The notes under the pieces were generated by a model. The model saw nothing but the letters and a program-made list of their open reading frames with translations, was not told where the DNA came from and did no database searches. From Callorhinchus milii (Eukaryota), in assembly GCF_018977255.1 (NCBI RefSeq), contig NW_024704743.1:59336001-59400000 (forward strand): 64,000 nucleotides of DNA. Direction: 5' to 3'. Shown here in pieces: positions 1 through 11,296 of this stretch. The position numbers and the translations under genes were made by a program. Numbering within the stretch: the first letter of the stretch is position 1; each line of letters starts with the position of its first letter.

Positions 1-240
1 AGTAGCGAAACAACAACTCATTCCAGGAACTTGGGAAGGAAAGGGAAGTTGGAGATGGGGCGGTAGTTTGAGAGCAGGAATGGGTCCAGCGGGGGATTTT
101 GAGGATAAGAGTGATGATGGCTATTTTTAAAGGGGTGGGAACGGTACCAGTGGACAGGGAAAGCTTTATGATGTCGGTGAGTAGAGGGGCAGGGAGGTGG
201 AGCTGTGAGGTAAGGAGAGGGGTAGGGATGGGGTAGATGC
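1..240 (-). mobile_element. L2 ORF2 fragment
   Basis: LDP..LSNYRPISNFPFLPKFLE. Confidence 0.75.
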
Positions 241-399
241 ACAGTGATTTACACACACTGAGTGACATACACACACAGTGCACACACACACAATGACATA
301 CACAGGAAAACACATACAATATATACACACACACACAATATATACACACCCACACTTTGTTAAAGGTGGATGTTAAAGATCCCATAGCTTATTACTACT

Positions 400-840
400 A
401 ATAATAATCCTTGCGTTTGATACAGCTAGAACCTTATCACATCATCAAGTATTCTCATAGCACTTCACAAGATATACTGTGAAGTGGATTGATTGTATAT
501 TTTGTGGGCGAGACACAGCAGCCAGTTTGCGCAGAGCAATGTCCCACAAACAGCCATGGAGTGAGTGAACAATTTTATTTGGGGGATTTTTGGGCCAGGG
601 AGAAAACACCCTGAGAAACTTCCTTCTCTTTGTGATTAGTGCCATGGAATCCACCTGAACAGGCAAGACAGGGCACAATTTTATAATTTCATTCGAAGGA
701 CGTCATCTTCAACAATGCAACACACCACTGCATTAGAGTGTCACCTTGGACTATGTGAGTCCAAGTCCCGACATGGGGCTAGACCCCACTACCTTCTGAT
801 TCTGAGGTGAGAGCGCTACCACTGCCCCAGGCTGATACAC
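400..840 (-). mobile_element. Older full-length Deu-domain (SacSINE1-like) SINE
   Basis: Different tRNA-like head (CAGTGGTAGCGCTCTCACCTCAGAATCAGAAGG), CAGGTGGA...CCATGGCACTA Deu segment, shared 3' core and tail. Confidence 0.8.
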
Positions 841-3289
841 ACAACGAGAATGGAGTTTTCTCTTGGCCATCTGTCTGCTAAATAAAATTGGTCATTTTCA
901 TGGCCATTTATGGGACATTGCTGTGCACAATTCGGCTGCTAAGTTTCTCTACCAATACAGTCACTTCATTTCACAGTAAATCTTGTGAAGCTATCTGAGA
1001 CATCCTCCCTATGTGAAAGGAGCTACACATAAGAGTTATACAGTATATAGAGTTATTTAGTTATATGAATGATATGACACAGAAACAGGCCATTCGACCC
1101 AACTAATCAATGTCGGTGTTTATACTCCAGACAAGCTTTCACCCCTCCTATTGTTCTTGCCTACACATCTTTTTTGGAAACCAAGTTAACAAGGAGATAT
1201 CTATACAGCAGAACCATTTAAATTCCTTTAGTTCATTCTTCAAGTGTGAAGTGTGTTCTGGAAGGATGACCTTGGATGGGTCAAAGGGCTTTCTTTATCT
1301 GAACCAAACTTAGGTTGTGATCTTGTGAGAGTGAGGATCTTGAAATTGATCCATTGGGACAATGGAGGCTTGTAAACTGGTGTGATGGATGTTGCGAAAT
1401 TTGGTGCAGGTGAGAATGTGGATGGTGGAGTTTTGGATAAGTTAATTGATGATGGAGCTGGGGAGACCAATGAGGAGGTCATTTGAAAACTCCAGATGGG
1501 ATGAAACAAAGGCATGAATAAAGGTTTTTGTGGCATTTAGTGTGAGATAATGAAAGAAACGTTAACAGATTTATTGTCTCAGCTATGTCCCTTACTATCA
1601 CATAAGTAAGCAAACAAATGTAGGTATGTTTTGTTCCCAATTGCTGCTGCTGAAATTATCTTTATTATCTGATAGTCCAAAGATTTCAGTGAAAGAAATT
1701 ATAATTTTTATTATTTCAATTCAAATTTTACTTGTGGATTTATTCACTCATCTATTAATTTTCCTCTTATGAAGAAGCAGTTTGTAATTGAAATTCTTCC
1801 AAATGTGTATATACAGTTATAGTGATTTCATACTATTTATTAAAATATAAACAATTTAAATATATTTGTCGACAGTACTATTATTCAGATACCCTAAGAA
1901 AAAATATCAAGATACATCCTAGACTTGCTAAGCCTGTGTTGGACAGGAAATGTGAGTGCAAATATCAATATAACAAGGATTCCTGGTTATCAGTCCAAAA
2001 TACTCATATTGTATCTATGAGACTGACTAGTTGAATACACTTGGGCAAGTGCACTAGCAATTGCAGATGTTGATTTTGCCTAAACATGTCTACAAATATT
2101 TTGACAATGCAATTGCCTTGTATGGTATGTGAACATTACTCGGTTTTTTTTTAGCTCCGAGATGCTATCACGCATGAAGGGCACTATATAAATCAAGTTG
2201 TTGTAGTTGTTGTAAACTAATATAAATCTGGTATATTCAAAACTCTGCCACCTGTATTCTCACCCGCACCAATCCACCCTCAACCCTCATCACCCAAGTC
2301 CTTGGCAGGTCCCACTGGTTCCCTATTACAGAAGGGATCAATTTCAAGATACTCATACTCATATACCATTCACTTCATGTCCTGGAACCTCCCTACGTCT
2401 TCGACCTGCTGCTCCCCATTCCATTACCTGCCGCCTTTGCTCGGCTGGCTCCAATCTCCTGCAGATCCCTCATCTCCTCCACTCCACCATTGATGCCACT
2501 ACACCCTGAAACTATGTAACAATCTCAATCCCTCCATCTTATCTCCTCCTTCTCCATCTTCAGATCACACCTGAAGACTTTCCTCTTTGAATGTACCAAC
2601 GGTCATCTCCCCTTCTCCCCGATTCAGCTTCAGGCTCTGCCTTTGTTAAATGCTCTGAGATGCTACGTGTGAAGGTCCCTACATAAATGCAAGTTGTTGT
2701 TGTTCTATAATGAGCTGCCACTAAATCCAGACTTGAATTCAGTCTCTGTCCAATTCCAATTAAAAAATGGCTGGACCGGGTACGTCATGACATTATTTTC
2801 TTGATACAGTTTCAGAAGAAGTGAGGTAATGAGATTGGGATCCAAATCACCAGCAAATCATATACATTTATTAAAAAAAATCAGTTTCAGTGAGGTCCTA
2901 AATGATGCCCTGTGACAAGTCCATTTGTGGCACTTGGCACTGGCCAATGTGTGTAGCATCTCAGTTACACGAGTAAAAGTCAGAAAAGTTACACCAATAT
3001 ATCCCACACACTAAGGAAGGTTAACTAATAATGTAATTATTTTCCCTCTTGTCACGGTTCAGGTCAGGGCACAGCATCAGCCATCTGTCTTTCATCTCCA
3101 ATGTATTGCTCACCGCCATCTAGTGGCACAGGTTCTGCAACAGCAATGTTGAACAGTTTTTCATTGTTCCACTAAAATCAAAAATGGATGCTGTGGTCAT
3201 CATGATGTTTACTCCAGACTAGGCTGTACCTGATGTAAGGCAGATAATTCTTCTATGCAACACCAGGCCATTGTTTTTGAGTCAAAAGT

Positions 3290-3605
3290 GGAGTCCTGTA
3301 GCTCAGTAGTTAGAGCATTTGCCTCGCAAGCGAGAGACCTGGGTTCGATTCCCGGCAGGGCGGAACCTTGGGCAAATTTCCTTATTCCACACGCCTGATA
3401 ATAATCCCTCAAGAGAAAAACGCAATAATAAATTGGTCACTTCATTCCATGACTGTTTATGCTGTGCGCAATTGCCTGCCGCGTTTCGCCCACAAATGTA
3501 CACTTTACAGTCTATTCTGTGAAGCACTTTGAGATGTCTAGAAGAGGTGAAAAGCACAGGTGAAAAGCGCTATATAAAATGCAAGGATTATTATATTATT
3601 ATTAT
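3290..3605 (+). mobile_element. tRNA-headed SINE, older subfamily
   Basis: Same head, core and tail with GGGTTC B box and purine-rich tail loop. Confidence 0.9.
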
Positions 3606-3678
3606 AAATATTCATCTTAATCGTCTCCAGATTGAAATCTGAAACTCTTTTACAGCCATAAGTCACTAATAATACTTG

Positions 3679-3916
3679 GTGAGAAACAGATGACTAGACT
3701 GGCATATGGAACATGTGCCAGAAATTCTGTACAGCTGTGAAATTTTACTAGTTCCAGTTGGGTAACATTTCCATTTCCCTTGAAGTTACATGCTTCATCA
3801 TAGTGGGGGTTGGGGACGGCTTGGAGACTGCTCCATAACAGTAGTTATTGAGTACTTCAGATTAAGCCGTCCTGCAAATGGATATTTATATTCAGTTCCT
3901 CAGCAACCTCTAATCT
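3679..3916 (-). pseudogene. Decayed duplicate of ASNS coding exon 3 with flanking intron
   Basis: Aligns to 18303-18582; encodes ...[21 protein letters not shown]; frameshift/stop; donor deleted, acceptor TTGCAG kept. Confidence 0.9.
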
Positions 3917-3924
3917 GTCGGAGT

Positions 3925-5240
3925 ACAACAGCAACCACAACAACTTGGATTTATATAGTGCCCTCCACGCCAGATGGCGTCTCAGAGCATTTCACAGTAA
4001 CGGATCCCGGGGCCGAGCCAGGGGGAGGGGGAGGAAGGTGACCAAAGACGCGGTGGAAAAGAAAGGTCTTTAGCCGAGATCTGAAAATACAACATCTGAA
4101 AATAGGAAGAGAGGATGCGAGGTGAAGGGAGCGAGGAAGGGAATTCCAGAACCTCGAGGGGGGTAGTGGCTGAACGCACGGCTGCCGATGGTGAGGCGGA
4201 GTATTCGGGGGACAAGGAGGAGGCCAGACCCAGTGGAGCGAAGGCAGTGGGCACTGTTGTGAGGAGAGAGGAGGTCAGAAAGGTAGGTGGGGTGCAGAGT
4301 AGTGGAGGGACTTGAAGACAAGAGTGAGGATCTTGAAGTCGATCCTCTCTGAAACAGGCAGTCAGTGCAATCTGGCAAGAACTGGGGTAATCGGTGAGCG
4401 GAGTTTGATGCGGGTAAGAATGCGGGCGGCAGAATTCTGGATGACCTGGATTTTATGGATGGTAGTGGAGGGGAGACCGGCGAGGAGGCCATTTGAATAG
4501 TCCAGCCGAGACAGGACAAAGGCCTGGACCAGTGTTTCAGCGGCTTTTGGGGTGAGATATTGGCGGAGACGGGCGATGCGTCAGAGGTGGAAGAAAGGGG
4601 TGCTGGTGAGGGACTGGATGTGGGGGAGGAAGGATAATTGGGGGTCGAACCTGACGCCTAGGTTGCGTACAGGCTTGGAGAGTTTTAGGGGGAGGTCGGG
4701 TAGGTGGAGGAGGTGAGAACCGTGTGATTTAAAATGTTGACGAAAGCCAAAGAGTATGGCTTCCGTCTTGTCAACATTTAACTGAAGCAAATTCGTGATC
4801 ATCCAGCTCCTGATGTCTGACAGGCAGACTGACAGAACATCAAGGGATTGGGGGTCGCAAAGTGAGGTGGAACAATAGAATTGGGTGTCGTCTGCATACA
4901 CGTGGAAATGTACCTCATGTCTGCGGATGACATCCCCAAGAGGGAGCATGTAGATCAGAAAGAGGAGGGGGCCAAGGATGGATCCTTGGGGTACCCCGCA
5001 CGTAACCAAGTGAGAGCGGGAGGAAAAGCCATTTGTGCAGATGTACTGCTGGCAGTTCGTGAGGTAGGACTTGAACCGGGCGAGTGCGGTCCTACTGAGG
5101 TGGATGACGGAGGAAAGGCGGTGGAGAAGGATGGCGTGATCTACTGTGTCGAAAGCGGTGGAGAGGTCCAGGAGGACAAGGAGGCAGAGGGAGCCCTGGT
5201 CATAGAGAGAGGAGATGTCATTTGAGACTTTCACAAGCAC
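3925..5240 (-). mobile_element. 5'-truncated L2 LINE (family B), RT fragment
   Basis: LLDLSTAFDTVDH, GVPQGSILGP, YADDTQ; same 3' tail as the 43790 copy. Confidence 0.92.
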
Positions 5241-6429
5241 AGATTAATGTAGCATAGCACTTGCCATATCATACATTATTCATGCATCTTTCTCTAAAAA
5301 TACAGTCCATTTTAAAACACCTGCAAAAGCATGTCCATTCTTTAGACCATGTGGGTGCTGAACACTGTATTACACTACATTCATTGAACAATTACTGGGC
5401 AGTCTGGTGGCAACATCCTTCAGTGGAGTTTTGTACAATTACAGGTTTTCTCTGTTGCTATAGTATATTTACTAATCCTATTGGTATGTGCCAAAGTTTA
5501 TCTAAAAAAGATTAACCCTGAAGTATAATAGATAATCCTTTTATGATAGCTGTGTAATATACAACTCTATAGACAAGACTCTAACTCAATTTGAATAGAA
5601 CTGTAACTTTTATAGGTGGTACACCAAACCTTTGAATAACTATAATCAAAGGCCTGGGTAAGATGAATGTACAACAACAACAGTATTAATTGTGTATTGA
5701 CAGCACCCCACTAGATAGTAAAAAAAAGATCACAGGGTGGAAAAGCTGTAGCCATATCTCTCTAATAATCATTTACAAATTAATGTGAAAGAATTTTTAT
5801 TAAAACTATATTTTGCTGTCAATCTGGCTCAGTTGGTCGCACCCTTTGTCTCTGAGACAGAAGGTTGTGACCTCCTATGTTGGAATTTTGAATCCACAAT
5901 CTAGGCAATGCCGGGGAGCACTGCATTGTGAAGGATCATGGGCAAGTTGTTTTGGGCATAAGAATAATATATGCAATACAAAATTAACATTTGTATATTA
6001 CCTTTCACATCGGGAGGACGTCCCAAGGCACTGAAATGTAATGGGAATGTACNTTTTTTTGGTCAACCGGGTGTCTGACACATGCAGAAACCCATCGCCA
6101 TGCTTAAGACTATCCAAACCAAGCTGAGATTTCCATGCATCCCACCTAAACATGGAAATCCCAAGATAAGATTGTGGGAATGAAATGTGCATTCTCTGAA
6201 TGTACCTAAGCAGTGCGAGCGAAAACTGCTGACCGCTTGTAGCTCTGTGTAACCTTTGCTGTTGTGAATGTAAGTGTCAGCATTCTTAATGAGTCATTTG
6301 TGAATGTGTCCTGTAAAACACTTTGACATCCTTGATCTTGACCCTTGTCTAGCAGATGGCCTGTAGAAAATAAGATGTGTAAACGGAAAGTCTTTAAATT
6401 TAGAAGATAAGAAAATGGTATTTATATTC

Positions 6430-7280
6430 AACAACAACAAGATTAGATAATTGTATAGCGCCTTTCACATCGGGAGGACGTCCCAAGGCGCTGGACAGTA
6501 TACAGTATTTCAGATCCGAGCTGGGGTTAGGGAGGGAGAAGGGAGGGGAGGGGAAGGGGGGGTGACCGATGGCATAGTCGAAGAGGAAGGTTTTTAGGCG
6601 GGACTTGCAGGAGGCTAAGGAGGGGGCGAGGCGTAGTGATTGGGGGATGGAGTTCCAGAGGTTGGGGGTAGAGTGGCTGAAGGCTCTCCCGCCAATGGTG
6701 GGGTGGGTGGGTCGGGGGACACGGAGCAGGCCAGAGCCGGCTGAGCGGAGGGAGCGGGCGGGTTGGTAGGGGGTTAGGAGGTCGCAGAGATAGGGTGGGG
6801 CGAGGCCATGGAGGGCTTTGTAGGTGAGGACCAGGATCTTGAGTTGGATCCTCTGAAGGATAGGGAGCCAATGGAGTCGGGCGAGAATGGGGGAGAAGGG
6901 GTCACGGAGTTTGGTGCGGGAGAGGACACGGGCTGCAGAGTTCTGGGTTATCTGCAGTCTGTGGAGGGAGGAGTTGGGAAGGCCGACAAGCAGGGCGTTT
7001 GCATAGTCGAGCCTGGAGGTGATGAAGGCATGAACAAGAGTTTCAGGGGCCTGAGGGGTGAGGTAGTGGTGGAGTCATGCGATTTTACGGAGGTGAGGGA
7101 AGGCAGATTGGGTCATGGTTTGGATGTGGGGAAGAAAACAGTTGAGGGTCGAACAAGACACCTGGGTCCCTGACTGGCTGGTGAGTTGGTGAGTTGAAGT
7201 GTGCAACCATAGAGGTTGATGCTGCCATAGCCTGAGGTGCAGAGGCGCTGGCGCGAGCCAATCAGGAGGGCCTCAGTCTT
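6430..7280 (-). mobile_element. L2-A 3' fragment
   Basis: Homologous to 8650-9600; same tail stem-loop. Confidence 0.85.
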
Positions 7281-7650
7281 CAGTTTCCTCTAATCCTGTA
7301 GGAATACAGTAGGTTTCCTGTATGTGCATGATAGTCAGATGGACATATGGTCAAGGTCGGAACGATGCACAGATGGCTTTGTGGTGATAACCAGAGAAAG
7401 GAAAGGTCATGAAAACTTGTTCATTCATGGGTATAAATAGTGGGCACTAACTACGTGAAGTCAGAACAGACCTTGCAAAGAAGAAATAAAGATAAAGAAA
7501 CTCCTGTAACTATGAATTCTGTACATCTTTCTGTATTAGTATATCTTTCTAACACAGTTTTTAATAAGATATTAATATATCTTTCTGCATTACACACATT
7601 AAACAAAACATCCCATCTCTGTGAGTTTGAATAGCAATGTCCAAAAATAC

Positions 7651-7965
7651 ATAATAACAATCCTTGCACTTGATATAGCGCTTTTCACATCTTCTCGACG
7701 CCTCAAAGCTCTTCACATAATATGCTGTAAAGTGAATTGACCGTATATTTGTGGTTAGGGTTAGGCGAAACGCGGCAGCCAATTGCGCACAGCAGTGTCC
7801 CACAAATAGTCGTAGATTGAAAATAACCAATTTATTATTGTTTTGTTTTGAAGGATTATTAGACGTGTGGAGGAAACTTGCCCAAGGTTTCGCCCTCTGC
7901 CTGGAATTGAACCCAGGTGTCTCGCTTGCAAGGTGAGTTCTCTAACCATTGAGCTACAGGACTCC
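7651..7965 (-). mobile_element. tRNA-headed SINE, older subfamily
   Basis: Full head-to-tail homology to the other copies. Confidence 0.9.
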
Positions 7966-8040
7966 AGTCAATGGTAGTCAATGATTTTATTTAAATTAAA
8001 TACAATAATACAATAAAATTAAATTTATAGAGCGCCTTTC

Positions 8041-9613
8041 TATAAAGGCCCATCTCCAACCTCCCCTTTCTCTCCAAGGTCTTGGAAAGAGTTGTCGCCT
8101 CCCAACTGCGCTCTTTCCTTTCCACCCATTCTCTTTTCGAACCCCTTCAGTCAGGTTTCCGTGCTGCCCATAGCACAGAAACTGCCCTGGTCAAGGTCAC
8201 CAATGATATCCTGACCATCTGTGACCAGGGCTCCCTCTGTCTCCTCGTCCTCCTCGACCTATCGGCAGCATTCGATACGGTCGACCACGCTATCCTACTC
8301 CACCGCTTGTCCTCCCACCTCAACCTTCAAGGCACTGTCCTTGAATGGTTTAGGTCGTACCTTTCTCACCGTCTTCACTTTGTCTCAACGAATGGCTTCT
8401 CCTCCACCCCCCGTACTGTCTCATGTGGTGTCCCTCAGGGCTCTGTCCTCGGTCCCCTCCTCTTCACCCTCTATATGCTCCCCCTCGGTGACATCATCCG
8501 CAGACATGGAGTTAACTTCCACATGTATGCGGATGACACCCAACTCTACCTTTCCTCCTCTACTCTCAACTCCACGACCACCGATGTCCTGACAGCTGCC
8601 TGTCCGACATCGAGTCCTGGACGAGAGACAACTTTCTTCAGCTCAACGTGCGAAAAACCGAGGCCCTCCTGATTGGCTCACGTCAGCGCCTCCGCACCTC
8701 AGGCGCTGACACCATCAGCATCCAAGGCTGCACTCTCCACCTCTCAAAGCCAGTCAGGAACCTCGGCGTTTTGTTCGACCCTGAGCTGTCCTTTCTCCCT
8801 CACATCCGCACCACAACTGGCACCGCCTTCCATCACCTCCGGAACATCGCCAGACTACGGCATTACCTCACCCCTCACGCTGCTGAAACCCTGGTTCACG
8901 CCTTTGTCACCTCAAGGCTGGACTATGGGAACTCTCTCCTCGACGGCCTTCCCGCCACCTCCCTCCACAAGCTGCAGGTCATTCAGAACTCTGCAGCTCG
9001 TGTACTGTCCCGCACCAGGCTTCGGGACCACATCACTCCCACCCTCGCTCGCCTCCACTGGCTCCCCATCCCCCAGAGGATTGATTTCAAGATCCTCATC
9101 CTCACCTACAAGGCCATTCACGGCCTTGCTCCCTCCTACCTCTCCAACCTACTATCCCCCTACCTACCTGTCCGTACCCTCCGTTCCTCTGGCTCCGGTC
9201 TGCTCCACGTCCCCCGCCCCAACCGCCCTACCATCGGTGGTCGGGCCTTCAGCCTCTCAGCCCCGAGGCTCTGGAACTCCATCCCCCAGTGCCTTCGCCT
9301 TGCTTCCTCCCTTTCCTCCTTCAAGGCCGGTCTCAAAACCTTTCTCTTTGACCGTGCCTTCAGCTCCCCTCTCGACTCTCTTCCCCCTCCTCGCTCCCTC
9401 CCTTCCCTCCCCTCACCCTGACCATTTCCCCCCTCCTCGCTCCCTCCCTTCCCTCCCCTCACCCTGACCATTTCCCCCCTCCTCGCTCCCTCCCTTCCCT
9501 CACCCTGACCATTTCCCCCCTGCTCGGGTCATGACCCAACTGTCCAGCGCCTTGGGACGTCCTCCTGACGTGAAAGGCGCTTTATAAATGGAATCTTGTT
9601 GTTGTTGTTGTTG
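8041..9613 (+). mobile_element. Young 5'-truncated L2 LINE (family A); RT ORF with a single frameshift near 8595
   Basis: [60 protein letters not shown]; 3' stem-loop and (TTG)n tail. Confidence 0.95.
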
Positions 9614-10540
9614 TTTCATGTTGGGAGGACATCCCAAGGTGCTGGACAGTCAGTGCTCAGGACCCGAGCTTGGGGGAGGGGTGGTGTAGTGATGGGGGGA
9701 GGCAGAGAGGTGGGAGGGAGACCAAAGGCATGATCGAAGAGGAGGGTCTTGAGACCGGCCTTGAAGGAGGCAAGGGAGGAAGCGAGGCGAAGGGACCGTG
9801 GGATGGAGTTCCAGAGTGTGGGGGCAGAGAGGCTGAAAGCCCGGCCACCGATTGTAGGGCGGGAGACATGGAGCAGGCCGGAGCCCGCTGAACGGAGGGA
9901 GCAGGCAGGTTGGTAGGGAGTCAGCAGGTCAGAGAGGTAAGAGGGGGCAAAGCCATGGATGGCCTTGTGAGGATGAGGATCTTGAATTCGATCCTGGGGG
10001 ATGGGGAGTCAGTGGAGTCGGGCGAGGGTGGGAGTGATGGGGTCACAGAGCCTGGGCGCGAAACTACACGAGCTGCAGAGTTTTGGATGATCTGCAGCTT
10101 GTAAACAGAAAAGTTGGGAAGGCCAATGAGGAGGGAGTTTCCATAATCGAGCCTTGATGTGACAAATGCGTGGGTGAGACAGTGGCGGAGTCTGGGGGTG
10201 AGACAGTGGCGGAGTCTGGGGGTGAGACAGTGGCGGAGTCTGGCAATGTTGCGGAGTTGGTGGTAGGCAATGCCGGTCATGGCACAGATATGGGGGTGAA
10301 AGGACAGTTCAGGGTCAAAGATACCCAGGTTCCTGACTGGCTTAGTGAGGTTGAGTGCGCAGGCTGATGCTGCCAGCGCCCGAGGTGCGGAGGCGCTGGT
10401 GCGAGGTCAGGTCTTACTGACGTTCAGTTGCAGAAAGTTGGCCATTGTCCAGGACTTGATGTCGGACAGACAGTCAGTCAGGACAAGAGTAGTCCTGGAG
10501 TTGAGGCAGAGAGATAGAGTTGGGAGTCCTCCGCATACAT
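9614..10540 (-). mobile_element. Older L2-A copy whose tail (8021-8040) is split off by the 8041-9613 insertion
   Basis: [18 protein letters not shown] motifs; tail continuity GCGCCTTTC...TTTCATG. Confidence 0.85.
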
Positions 10541-11083
10541 CCTTGCATTTGATATAGCACCTGATCACGTCTTCAAAACCCCTCAAAGCTCTTCACAGAA
10601 AATACTGTAAAATGAACGGATTGTATATTTTATGGGCAAAACGCAGCAGTGAATTGCGCACACTCACATATAAATGTCTCAATGACAAAGCACACACACA
10701 TTCACCCCCCAGCAGCAGGAATGCTTTCAAAGTGATTCCATTTTAGGAGTCATCTAATTGTTCTAAACCACGAGAGCTTCTCCAGTAATGTCAAGTGCTT
10801 TGAAACATCCTCCTGACGTGAATGCATTATATAAATGTAACTTGTATTGTACATATGGTCATCACCCAATTCACTGCATTAGTTTCCTGCCTTTCAGCCA
10901 CTCCCAGGTATCCATTATTCTTCCGATCAAGAACGATACAAAAGAGACAATTTTCTTAATCATATTTAATTGGAGGAATAAAGTTCTAATATTCCTTATT
11001 AAAGATACCAAACAATATTTTGTTAATTTTGTATCATCTATAGCTAGTAGCTGTAAAATTAAGTATTATTTTCATTGGAAATT

Positions 11084-11296
11084 TTACTTCTTTTCCCTGT
11101 CAGACTTGTAGTGTTGCAGTGTGCGTGCTGAGGGATCAGTGGCCTTTGTCCATTTGGGCATCCAGTAGTATGGAATCCAGTTAGCTCGTCCAGGGAAATG
11201 TTTTTCAAAGATTTGACGATAGTAATAACTCTCTTTGGTAGTTGGTGTATTGAAAGGAAACTTCTTTGCTGCTTTATCAAGTTGACTGTCATCGAC
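11084..11296 (-). CDS. ASNS: ASNS last coding exon ([18 protein letters not shown]...[17 protein letters not shown]...KK*)
   Basis: ATAAAG| acceptor, TAA stop at 11086-11084, 213 nt. Confidence 0.96.
   Translation of the reverse strand, partial: VDDSQLDKAAKKFPFNTPTTKESYYYRQIFEKHFPGRANWIPYYWMPKWTKATDPSARTLQHYKSDREKK

Noticed and set aside
1880..2070. Decayed copy of ASNS exon 4
   Set aside because: Only short scattered matches (e.g. AGACTTGCT); not supportable by eye
8082..9421. Domesticated or intact RT gene
   Set aside because: 5'-truncated, lacks the endonuclease, frameshifted, with a typical L2 tail
10170..10243. CRISPR-like array
   Set aside because: Perfect tandem units with no spacers, inside an L2; no cas genes; vertebrate DNA
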